NCBI GenBank assembly: GCA_023231475.1
Contig: JALJEE010000499.1
Span: 1 to 53,388, forward strand
Length of the DNA stretch: 53,388 nt
Source of the DNA: Seison nebaliae
Taxonomy: Eukaryota
Reading direction: 5' to 3'
The notes under the pieces are model-generated. The model was given only the letters and a program-made list of their open reading frames with translations. It was not told the origin of the DNA and did no database searches. Below, piece after piece: positions 12,802 through 23,706 of the stretch. The translations under genes and the position numbers were made by a program. Position 1 is the first letter of the stretch; each line of letters opens with the position of its first letter.

Positions 12802-14238
12802 TCATAAATGATGTGCGATGATTTCGATGTCACTGTCATTATCATTTTTTGAGTTTGTTGATGATGATGCGACTGATGAAGGAATTCTTTCTTTATCTGA
12901 TGGAGCTGTTATATTTGAAGTGGATTGTCCATGAGAGATGTTTCGTTTTCTTAATGTTGTCATTGTGTTATTGAATGTAAGTGGATCGATAATTTCTCCG
13001 TTGTCAACGGGATGATCACTTATTGTTAAATCATCACTTTTTCTTACTCGACTCTTTCCCATATTCATAAACTTACAATTGACACATCGATATTCTAAAA
13101 TGAGAAAAATTATTTTGAATTATTCAAACACGTTAACCTAAAGTTGGAAACTCTTCAGGAAATGCTAATCCATTATGGAAATGACATCGCTCACAAACAA
13201 GAGCATATCTTTGTGGAGAATTAATTTGAAATTAATTTTAAAATAAATTAAACTTGTTTGATGGACCATCTCCAATAAGGAAATCAACAAATTTTTCAAA
13301 AACTGAACGATTGACTGGCATCGGATTTTTCGATTCATTTGTTGATGTCACTTCTTCCAAATGTTGGAGTTTCATATTAACAATTTCTTTTTCACTCGTT
13401 TCATTCTCGTCGTTCTTTTCAGTTATCATCTCATCATCAACAACATCATTATCATGAGATGTAGTAGGAAGTATTGGAGAAGAAGATGATGTATTTTTGT
13501 CGTCGGATTGTTCATTCGGTTTCTGGTTAATAATCAACTTTAATTAGTTGATCGTCTTTTAAGTATTCTTTAACTTTATTAGGATCATGTTTTATTTGAA
13601 CGTTCTCCTTTATTCTTTCATCTATCTCATCAAATTTTCTTCTACTATATTTATTCAATAATTCTTTCGTCTTATTATATGGTTCACTTTCCATTGCTTT
13701 TGACAACTATTTAAATAATGAAATTATATAAAAATATTTTATAAAAATAAAATATGAAACCAATTTCAATATATTTTCATCCAACAATTCAATTTGTTTA
13801 TCGATTGATGAGATCATGAACGAATAATACCAATTAATAAATCGTTTCATTCCATAATAACTTTAAATGGAATGATTATCTCATATACAATAAATGAGAG
13901 AATGAAAGAACAATAAATAATTTAAGCAACACATAAATATCGTGGCTAAATAAAGTCGTTTACCTTGAACATAGTAACACCAATCCATTGTCAAAAATTG
14001 TGCCATCAATATCAGAATTGAATTCATGGCAATTAAAATTATGAAAATTCTCCTCGCAAATTGGTACCATCGATTTCTTCTTCGTAATAATTCATTTCGA
14101 CTTTTTTCGGATTTTCTCAATTTTTCATCGGTGCTCTCAAGTTCCTCCTCGATGGAACGTTCTTTCTACGAAAAATTAAATTCATTCTCCAAATTTGAGA
14201 GTGGAAGAAAAATAAACAAAAAGTCCAAAAAATTTCAT
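12802..14238 (-). CDS. LNPK: ER junction formation protein lunapark, 6 exons
   Basis: Coiled coil and two hydrophobic segments; RSVFEKFVDFLIGDGPSN-YALVCERCHFHNGLA...YRCVNCKFMN zinc finger. Start inferred (MKFFGLF-KERSIEEELES). Confidence 0.9.
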
Positions 14239-14467
14239 CTGTCCATCCAAGAACGTTAAGATCGGTAAAAAAAAATAGAAGAAAAATGATTGATTCGAAA
14301 TTAAAATTTTTTTATAATTTGACTCATTTCAATTTGATTTTCTTTACGTTGACCATTCATGATTAATCATAATTCGATGAAAATTATTCATAATCTGAGA
14401 ATTTCAAATTTTTAGTTTAATATTTTTATTTCAGAGACGTCCAACGTAAAGTTGCAATTAAAGGAAG

Positions 14468-14686
14468 ATGTTGGAAAAGCAGCTGCTTATGAAGGCAGGT
14501 CCACTTGCTCGTTTAATCGGTCCTCGATATATACAACTCTGTAAGAATTGGTTACCCAGTACAATAGCGTATGGGACAATGACAGGATTGGCAGTCTGTT
14601 ACTTTACTGATTGGCGTGTCATTGTGGACAAGATTCCCATTTATAATCGGAAATTTCCAGTAGTTGAAGAAGAGGAAGACGAATAA
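14468..14686 (+). CDS. UQCR11: Cytochrome b-c1 complex subunit 10 (6.4 kDa)
   Basis: GPRYIQLCKNWLPS...YFTDWRVIVDKIPIYNRKF family signature. Confidence 0.93.
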   Translation: MLEKQLLMKAGPLARLIGPRYIQLCKNWLPSTIAYGTMTGLAVCYFTDWRVIVDKIPIYNRKFPVVEEEEDE

Positions 14687-15086
14687 ATTTAAAGAATTTA
14701 GAAATTAATTAACTATTGATATCATTGATCGAACATTTTTTATCCTTTTTAGAGAATCATTATAAAATTTATTGGGTCAATTTTTTTCTTTTTTTTAATT
14801 TTATAAAATTATTCACTTAAAACAATAATAAATGGAAGTAAATATGAAGATAATAAAATTTTTAAAATTTTAATTAATTTTCAATTCAATCTTCAATTCT
14901 TGGAATTGGAAATCATATGCGTAATGGAAATGGAAACAGAATAATTTTAAAATAAATAAGATAAGCTTATATTAAAATTTAATTTGGAGAATTGTGACAA
15001 TCTGAAAAAAATTACGAAAAGGATTTCCAATTAAATTTTTTTTGTTTCTGTTCAAAATTTCAGAAAAACATTTTAATTTCTTCATA

Positions 15087-18000
15087 ATGTTATCAATGTT
15101 CCCATATGTGAGAGATGCAAAAACGTTTTTGAAAGAAGTCAAACAATTGACAGTAACATCAGAACAGTTAATTTTATTTTGAAATTCCAAGAACGATTCA
15201 ATTGATTAGACAAATTGAAATATTTGATATCCTCGATCGATATTCTTTCATTATTTGTGCTCGTATACCATTTCTGGAAATTAAATTGGAACATGATTCA
15301 GCATTTTATAGATTTTATGGTGTACACAAAGTTCCACTCGTCGATCTCATATTAGTTAATGTTTTTAGCATGATTTAATTTGAGATTGATGATTAGATGT
15401 TGAGATCGTGTGATCGAGACAATTGGATATTCCGAAGAGAATCGACAAAGTTGGTGAAAATTCAAAATGAAAGAGTTGAATGTCTCATTGACGCTAATCA
15501 AAAGAGATGTTATTTTGAATCAATGGATAAGAGATTTTTGGAACATATTCGAAATGATCCATTATCTTATGCCACTTTCCATCAATTGTTCAGTGGCAAT
15601 AATGAATTCAGTCGAGCTTATTTGAAATTTTTCCGTTTATTAGAAACACCTTTATATCAATTTCGATTATTATATAATTGTTATTGTTTTGTTAAATGGA
15701 AAGAGGAATATATTAAATCTGATTATTATCTCCAATTGTCTGGAAAGAATGTTTTCAATCTCATGTTCCAAACTCGGAAATTGGAGAACATTTCCCATTG
15801 GAAAGATTTAGAAAACATTTTAAAAAGTTCCATTCTACCAATTCGCATTTATATTCATCGAGCATGTATCAAAAAGGACGATGAGAAAAGTTTAAATAAT
15901 TTCTTCAATTCACTTTTTGTGGGAGGAAAACAGAAAGAAGTATATTCCCAATTATCGTCAACAAAAGAAGGAATTGAAATGAAAAAGAATTTATTGAGAT
16001 TTTCAAGAAAAGTTTCTGGAAGAATTTTTTGTAAAAAATCTTATATTTCTCTACTTTTCCTTCGGAATCGATCGAGATTGAAAAGAGTTCCCACTAATTT
16101 CCTTTATCGACCATCTCAACAAATTTTCAAACTCTATTCAAAAATTGCTCTCAAATTATTTCCTTCCAATATTTTCAATCGATCAAATTTAAATAATTTA
16201 TTGAAATTAATGAACATTTTAATCTGTTTCGATGGGAGTCGATTGTGGAGATATGGGAAATTATTAGAAATGATCGATGTTTCCAATATCAATTCGAAGA
16301 AGAAGAAGAAGAAGAAGAATGAGAATTGTGAGACGTTGATGAAATTAATCATCGCTGTGGATTTATCTTGGAAATTGTTAACGAAATATTTTTATATTAC
16401 CGAAACTTCGGTAAACGCAAATAAATTATTTTTCATTTATCGATCGCATTGGAGAGAAATGGTGAATTCGAAACAATTTGAAAATTATATTAGTAAAAGT
16501 TGTCAAAGAATAGAGGAAAGAACTGGTGGTGGTGGAGGTGATGGATATGGTAAGAAATCTTCCTGTCGAATATTACCAAAATTAGCGATGAATAGATGTT
16601 TTTATAAATTTATTGGATTTCGATTAATCAATTCTTGGTCGAAAGAAGAAAAAGAGAAAAATAAGAGAATATTAACTTGTCTCAAATATGTGATGGAGAC
16701 GTTAGATGAAGAGAAGAAGAGAATGTTCAAAGGAGTTGGATTAGAAGGAATAAATAAGATCAATGACACATTAACAAAGTGGAAAGAGAAGAATAAAAAC
16801 GGAATGAATTTTTGTGTTTTAGCTGATATTACTCAATGTTTCGATAATATCATCTTATCTAAATTATTGGACGGATTAGAAGTGATGATACCAGATCGTG
16901 TTCAATTAATTATTCAAAATATCAATTCTTGTACTCTCTCTAAAAACAATTCATATCGAACTTTCTATCATGTGAATGAGAGAAAGAATTGGAAGAAACG
17001 GAAATTGAGTGATTCGATGAATGAGAATATTAGACCAAATAAAAAATTTCGAAATAATGAAGAGAAATCAATGGAGAAATTCGAAAGAAAACCAATTGAT
17101 CAATTGTCAATTATACGACGACAATCCAAATTAGAATTGTGGACGAAAGATAATTTATTGAATGAATTACGTTCACTCTTCTTCAATTCACAATTCCTGT
17201 TGAACAATAAGATTTATAAGAGAATAATCGGATTATCTCATTCCAATTGTCTTTCCCCACTTCTCACCAGAATTTATTTGGGAATGTCGGAAGTGAAACT
17301 AAATTGGTCGAACAACATTCGTCACATCGATAACGATCGATTATTCTTTACCGTTCGATATGTGGATGATTACATATTCTTCTTCAACAACAAATCAGAT
17401 GCTGTTCGACATGTTCATTTATTAAAAAATGGTTCGTTTCTTCTTTTTTTTAAACATTTATTCATTCATTCCATTAGAAATGAAAGAATTTAATATAAAA
17501 TTCAATTTAGCAAAAGTGAAAAAGAATTTTGATGAAACAAATAACGGAAGTTAATTAACTAAATGATTTAGAAAAAGTAAAATATTTGATAGAGCCTGAT
17601 AAAACATTGAAATGGTGTGGAAATATTATGGATCCGTCACTCAATTTGATACCTTCGTCAATGAAAATTTTATGTTTAGGTATGACAAAAAAATTTACAT
17701 ATGATTTGACATATTCGTCGATCATTCTAATTATTCTTCTTTAGATGAAATGTTATTTCAAAGGAAAAATTTTGATATAAAATTGAAAGAATTAATACAA
17801 GAAAAGTTCCATTTGTTTATGTTCATCGAATCATCATTATGAAAATTTCAGGTTTTTCAAACAATTGAAATGTGTGGAGAAATTGTATAAGAATAAAGTT
17901 TTGTTCATTTCAACTTATTAATAATTGATTTATTATTTATTTTAGAATAGTTATAGTTCGAAAGGAATCCTCCTTTATATCTGCAGATCATTCGCTACAC

Positions 18001-18596
18001 TCTTCAAATCCTTCGAAAATTTGTTGAGAAAGATTCCTAAAGGAATTCGTCATCATATTATTTATCGGAATAAGAATATCGTTTTTGGTTTGTTATTCTT
18101 CTCAATAACATCTCCAAAACTTTCGTTGAAGATATTTTCATTTCGAATTTTCCTTATCCTCATAAATTCAGACATTTCAATAAACATGTCCAATTTATTT
18201 TATCAAGTTATAATTATTTTTATTCGAATTATTCATTCCAATTCTCAGAGAATTCACGTTGTCGAACTTATGAAGAAACGGTGAATTTCAATCGGATAAA
18301 ATATCTCATCACTCCAATGATTCGAAGGTTCCACCATTTCCAAAAAAACAACTAAATTTCATTTATAATATAGTTCATTGATTATTTTGCTGTTGTATTT
18401 GACAAGGAAAGAAAACGAATTATTTTCTGCATGTCGCAAACAATGTGATAAATATTATAAGAAATTGATGAAAAATAAAGTTTCATTTTCATTAATCTTT
18501 CTCATAAAACCGATTATTTAATAGTTCATCAAAGACGAAATGTTAAATGGATTACATGATTCCATAATTATGGATATAAAAAATTTTTTGAAATAG
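15087..18596 (+). CDS. TERT: Telomerase reverse transcriptase (divergent), about 12 exons
   Basis: TEN/GQ-like YYLQLSG; T motif YFYITETS...LFFIYRSHW; motif 1 CRILPK; motif 2 FRLI; A ADITQCFDNI; B' GLSHSNCLSPLL; C RYVDDYIFF; D FNIKFNLAKV; E KWCG. The terminal exons chain in frame through short introns to TAG at 18594-18596, but are less certain than the core. Confidence 0.9.
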
Positions 18597-18722
18597 TTTC
18601 ATATTTTTATTTGGATTTCGATAGAAAGAAAATTTTAATTCAAATAAATTATTTAAATAAGAAGTCTAAGTGAAATGGGCATGAAATGAGATGAGAAAAG
18701 ACATGATAAGAATTATTATGAA

Positions 18723-21700
18723 ATGTTATTTCGATTAACGAGGAGAGTGGTAGGAAGATGTGGTCAATCCATTTATTCCTTCCACACATCAGGAATTGAC
18801 CGAAATCAATTAGCTCTTCAGGAATTGTCGAAAATTTTGGAGGTAGTCTCAATTGACAGTGGAAAATTTAGTCATTTAAAAGAGAAAGTTCGAAGAAAGG
18901 AAGATGGATTGAAATTAATTGTAAATAATTTGAACGAGAAGAAATTAATTGAAAGAAGACGACGAATTAATGAAGATATTTTAGCGAAAGTCGATGCATA
19001 TCTTTTCACATGTCAACGAGAGAAGATTGTGGAGATGTTAGAGAATGAATTGACAAATAAGAGGAATGGTCATCAACGACAATTGAGTTCGATTTATGTT
19101 GTTAATTATATTTTAACTCAAATGTTTCACGAGAAGGAAATCAAACGATATCAGATCGAGAAGATTATGAATTTGTGTCAGAAGAAATTGGCTTATTCGT
19201 TGAATACTCATTTACTTCTATTAGGAATCGAATGTCGATTGAGAAATGGAAATGAAATGATAAATGAAGAGAATGATGAATTGATCAATTTATATAAGAA
19301 TTTGAGGAAAGAAATTTATAAATATTTTTATCGAAATGATCGAAATCAATATTTATCAATCAATATCGATCATTGGCAAATGGAGACATTTGATAAACGA
19401 CTTTTTCTCTTATTGACAAGAGATAATGAAATTCGTTATCAATTGAAACGATGTGATAAATTATATCGGAAATATTGTGACGATCGAAATATTTATGGTT
19501 CTCTCAATCATATGAGTCTTATGAGTCTATTGGAAAAATTATCGAGAAATCAAGAAAGAATGAAAGGAACTCAATTAATTAATCGTCGAAATTTAGAATC
19601 TCATGAATCATTTCATCTTTTCAAACTTCAATTAGAAAGAGAATTATCATTATCAGTTCGTATTCCTTCAATTTCCGTTGAGGAAATTCATATGAGAAAT
19701 AAACGGAAATTGAAGAAGAAGAAATGGAAAATGAAGATGGATGATGATATGAATGTGAAAGATGAATTGAAAAAGAATTATTATAAACAAAAATTGAAAT
19801 TGTTGTTGATGAGAAAATTCGAGAAATTGAGAAGTCGACGAAATGATGACGATAATGTCTGGTTTCAATTGATGCCAATGCAGAAATATATCGATATGTT
19901 ACTCAATTTTTATATAGAGCAATTATGTTTGGGAGGAAAGGGATCGAGTGAGAGTGAAGAATTTGTTAATACTAATCAATTATCTCATCGCTTGGGTGTG
20001 ACTTTATATCAACAATATTATCAACATCGTCTACCAAATCGTCAATTACAATTGTTATATATGAATTATTTGAATCGAATGAAAAATGATAATCATATTA
20101 ATGGTCGTCAATTATGGTCGTCTCTATTGAACGAAGACGATTTGTCGTTGAATAATTATAAGAAATTGTCACTACTCCCAATTTGGTCATATCGTTTAAC
20201 ATCGAGATTAGGACGGAAATTATTCAATTTAATTTTCTTCATTAATCCAAATGATGAATATGAATTATTGGAAAAGAAGAAAAAGAAAGGAAAAGATGAA
20301 AAATTACCAGCACTCTTATATGGAATTTATCGATTGGAAAGTCAATTGAAAAAAGGAATGAGAAAAGAAGAGAAGAAATCGAATGAAAAAGATTGTCCGC
20401 CCCAAATTTGTGTACCTGACTTTTGGAAAGAAGTTTTCAATGAAACTCATTATTTATCATTTCCAGCTGCTCATCTTCCTATGATTATTCCACCAATTCC
20501 ATGGCATGAAGGTAATCGTGGTGGTGGATTGTTGTTGGGACAAACGAATAAATTAGTTCGAATTGCTCATTCGGCTGATGAGAGTTCATTAATTCAAACT
20601 TCCATTTCATCATATCGACCATTCTCGACGATATTCGATTCGCTCAATATTCTCAGTTCATGTCAATGGAAAATTAATGAATTCGTTTTAGATATTGCCA
20701 TCAAAATGTTTCAATGTGGAATATCATCAGAAGCGTTGGGTCTTCCTAAATCGCCCAACGAATTCCTCCAAAACATTTCCACACCATCACCACCAAATCT
20801 CTCCAATTTCACCCCATTGGAATATATGGAAGAATTGAAGAAATGGAAAGAGAAATATGTGAGGATTTTAAAGAAACAGAAAGAAATGAAAAAAATAAAA
20901 AACGAACAATATTCATTGTGGTGTATGACTTGGTATCAATTATCGATTGCTAATTATTTTCGTACGAATATTATTTGGTTACCACATAATTTGGATTTCC
21001 GTGGTCGAGTATATCCATTACCACCACATTTCTCTCATATGGGATGTGATTTAGTACGAAGTTTATTGAATTTTCATGAAAAAAAGAAATTGGGAGAAAC
21101 TGGTCTCGATTGGTTAAAGATTCATTTGACAAATTTAACTGGTCATTTGAAAAAAGCGACATTAATCGAACGAAAAGAATATGCAGAATTGAATATTTCA
21201 AAAATTATTTTGTCAGCAGAAAATCCGTTAAATGAATCATGGTGGATGAATAGCGATGATCCATGGCAAACATTGGCATGTTGTAAAGAGTTGATGGAAG
21301 CAATGAAATGTGATGATCCCAAAGAATTTTTGTCTTCCTTACCAATCCATCAAGATGGTAGTTGTAACGGTTTACAACATTATGCCGCATTAGGTCGAGA
21401 TATTGATGGTGCACGATCAGTGAATGTTTTAGGTAGTGGACGTCCACAAGACGTTTATTCTGATGTTGTTGATCGTCTTTTATCACTCATCAAAAAAGAC
21501 GATAGTCAATTAGCGAATTTGACGAGGAAAATTATTACAAGAAAAACCATCAAACAAACGGTAATGACGACGGTTTATGGTGTAACTCCATTTGGTGCTC
21601 GCAAACAAATTAGTAAACAATTGAGATTGAATCCAATAATAATTGAGAATAGTGAAAATAATGAATTGATTCCACAATTGGCATTATTTTTACAGACTCA

Positions 21701-22301
21701 AACATTCCGTTCTCTTAGAGAAATGTTCACATCGACAAGATCCATCCAAAATTGGTTAGTATCGTGTGCGAAAGATATCGTTAAATTGAGAAATGAACCT
21801 GTAAAATGGATTACTCCTTTAGGTCTTCCTGTTGTTCAACCATATTTCATAAAGAGAACAGAACGAATCAATTCAGATAATTATCTCAAGGATAAATTCT
21901 CATCATCATCTCGACCGATAATGAGGAAACAATTGAATGCATTCGCACCTAATTTCGTCCATTCTCTCGATTCAACTCATATGATGTTAACTGCATTATC
22001 GTGTGGAAAGGAAAATATTAGATTTGTATCGATTCATGACAGTTTTTGGACACATGCCATCGATATCGATCAAATGGGAAAGATATGTCGAGAGGAATTC
22101 TTACGATTACATTCTTCTGACATATTAGAAGATTTATCGAAACAATTTATTTCTAATTATTCTTTCCGTCAAAATGAATTTAAAAATTCTCCTTTAATGA
22201 CTGAAGAAATGAATCGTTTCAATCGACTCATTCAACAAATTCCGAAAAAGGGACAACTTAATATAAATGACGTTCTCGATTCACTCTACTTCTTCTCATA
22301 A
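18723..22301 (+). CDS. POLRMT: Mitochondrial DNA-directed RNA polymerase (T7-like single subunit), intronless
   Basis: Arg-rich presequence-like start; LPHNLDFRGRVYP, PIHQDGSCNGLQHYAAL, RKTIKQTVMTTVYG, PNFVHSLDSTHM, IHDSFWTH, terminal YFFS. Confidence 0.97.
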   Translation: MLFRLTRRVVGRCGQSIYSFHTSGIDRNQLALQELSKILEVVSIDSGKFSHLKEKVRRKEDGLKLIVNNLNEKKLIERRRRINEDILAKVDAYLFTCQREKIVEMLENELTNKRNGHQRQLSSIYVVNYILTQMFHEKEIKRYQIEKIMNLCQKKLAYSLNTHLLLLGIECRLRNGNEMINEENDELINLYKNLRKEIYKYFYRNDRNQYLSINIDHWQMETFDKRLFLLLTRDNEIRYQLKRCDKLYRKYCDDRNIYGSLNHMSLMSLLEKLSRNQERMKGTQLINRRNLESHESFHLFKLQLERELSLSVRIPSISVEEIHMRNKRKLKKKKWKMKMDDDMNVKDELKKNYYKQKLKLLLMRKFEKLRSRRNDDDNVWFQLMPMQKYIDMLLNFYIEQLCLGGKGSSESEEFVNTNQLSHRLGVTLYQQYYQHRLPNRQLQLLYMNYLNRMKNDNHINGRQLWSSLLNEDDLSLNNYKKLSLLPIWSYRLTSRLGRKLFNLIFFINPNDEYELLEKKKKKGKDEKLPALLYGIYRLESQLKKGMRKEEKKSNEKDCPPQICVPDFWKEVFNETHYLSFPAAHLPMIIPPIPWHEGNRGGGLLLGQTNKLVRIAHSADESSLIQTSISSYRPFSTIFDSLNILSSCQWKINEFVLDIAIKMFQCGISSEALGLPKSPNEFLQNISTPSPPNLSNFTPLEYMEELKKWKEKYVRILKKQKEMKKIKNEQYSLWCMTWYQLSIANYFRTNIIWLPHNLDFRGRVYPLPPHFSHMGCDLVRSLLNFHEKKKLGETGLDWLKIHLTNLTGHLKKATLIERKEYAELNISKIILSAENPLNESWWMNSDDPWQTLACCKELMEAMKCDDPKEFLSSLPIHQDGSCNGLQHYAALGRDIDGARSVNVLGSGRPQDVYSDVVDRLLSLIKKDDSQLANLTRKIITRKTIKQTVMTTVYGVTPFGARKQISKQLRLNPIIIENSENNELIPQLALFLQTQTFRSLREMFTSTRSIQNWLVSCAKDIVKLRNEPVKWITPLGLPVVQPYFIKRTERINSDNYLKDKFSSSSRPIMRKQLNAFAPNFVHSLDSTHMMLTALSCGKENIRFVSIHDSFWTHAIDIDQMGKICREEFLRLHSSDILEDLSKQFISNYSFRQNEFKNSPLMTEEMNRFNRLIQQIPKKGQLNINDVLDSLYFFS

Positions 22302-22512
22302 ATCGATTTAATTCAATGAAATAATTTTATCTCATTTTCATATTCCCATCTAATATCTTGTACAGCTCTTCCATACAAGTTTTAGTTTGTAAAGAAATTA
22401 TTCAATTTTCAATATCTCATTTGAATAAATTTTATGTGAACAAACAGCTTTTCTCATCATTCTTCTTCTTCTCTTGTTGTGGTAACAAAATAGATCGAAT
22501 CAATTCTTATCC

Positions 22513-22526
22513 GTTGCTATGGTAAC
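22513..22526. promoter_or_regulatory. RFX X-box-like palindrome GTTGCTATGGTAAC
   Basis: Matches the 14-bp X-box pattern GTNRCY-AT-RGYAAC; lies 3 bp upstream of a small-ORF ATG. Confidence 0.65.
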
Positions 22527-22529
22527 CAG

Positions 22530-22700
22530 ATGAGTGAAAATGGAAATTTGATAATTCCTGATATGGAAGACAGATATAAATCCATTTCAACCTTCATATG
22601 GTCAACATCGAATTTGAATGAAGAACAAAAAGGAATTGAAAACGAATTATTTCCAAAATTAACAAATCAGAAATCTTCAGCAATCTGTACATTTTTATAA
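22530..22700 (+). CDS. Putative 56-aa prenylated microprotein (C-terminal CaaX, CTFL)
   Basis: MSENGNLIIPDMEDRYKSISTFIWSTSNLNEEQKGIENELFPKLTNQKSSAICTFL*; below the ORF-track cutoff; AATAAA about 25 nt after the stop. Confidence 0.6.
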   Translation: MSENGNLIIPDMEDRYKSISTFIWSTSNLNEEQKGIENELFPKLTNQKSSAICTFL

Positions 22701-22762
22701 AATTAATAAGATATTTTCATTTGGAAATAAAATCTAATAAAATAAACATTTTTTATCCATTA

Positions 22763-23706
22763 TCAATTCTGATCATCATTTAAAATAATTGAAACAATTT
22801 TATCATCCTTATTCTCATAATTATTCAATCGTTCATTTTCATAATCTTCATGTGTCTCATAGAAATTGATATGTTTATGAATGGAGGAATCACTTTCAGC
22901 TAAACGTTTCATACTCTCTTCGAATGCTTCTTGTATCAGATTATTCATCGAATCCGTTTTCTTCAAAATTTCTCCTTCAATTTGATCAGTCTCTGCATCC
23001 AAATCCAAATTCTTTAAATTTTCCGTATTTTTCAAAAAGTTTCGATACAATTCATTCTTTCGTTTTTGCAGTTTCTCCTTCCTTGTCCACTCTCGAATTA
23101 AATAATTCGTTTTTGTGATAAGTGGTCGAATATCATAAAATTTAAATTCCTCTAAAATATATTCCAAATAAGATTTCCCTCGATGAATGAAAGACTCGGA
23201 TATTTCTCCAAAAACATTCTTCTTCAAACTTTCTTCGTTCTCTTTCAATGAGACTGTCGCTAACAATTCATCTTCTTCCTCTCTCTCCATATCAGTCAAT
23301 CGTCGAGCACCGATTGATAATATTTCTGCACGAGTTTCATTCTCCGATTTCTGATGTTTTAACACCGCTATATTATTATAAACGGAGACAGACAACTATT
23401 TCAATAAATATTTTTTATAAAATAATCTCAAATATCAACTTGATTAGTCTGAAATTGTTTATCTGGCATCAATTCACATTTCTCCACATCATTTATGACT
23501 ATCTCTAATTTATTTGTTCTGAGGAATTGTAAGACCAAATTGAAGACATCTGGATCTCTATCAATAAATATTCGATTATTTGGATCAACTCCACAAGGCA
23601 CTTGTCGCATCACTATATTATACAAATGGGATTTCGTATATTTAATCAAAGTGTTCATGGTCGTCGTAAATTTCCTTCCTCCCACATTGATTGTTAGTGC
23701 ATTCAT
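22763..23706 (-). CDS. KCTD-type BTB/T1 domain protein with coiled-coil C-terminus, at least 2 exons
   Basis: TINVGGRKFTTTMNTL...IFIDRDPDVFNLVLQFLR; a GTTGAT...ATAG intron joins it to ORF 22763-23395. Start uncertain. Confidence 0.8.

Noticed and set aside
15397..17493. RT ORF as a retrotransposon, retron or group II intron
   Set aside because: It has the telomerase T motif, a TEN-like region and spliceosomal introns, with no endonuclease, RNase H, LTR or target-site duplication.
18723..22301. T7-like polymerase next to an RT as a phage insertion or RT-RNAP defence system
   Set aside because: The presequence-like N-terminus and motifs are those of nuclear-encoded POLRMT; no phage genes are nearby.
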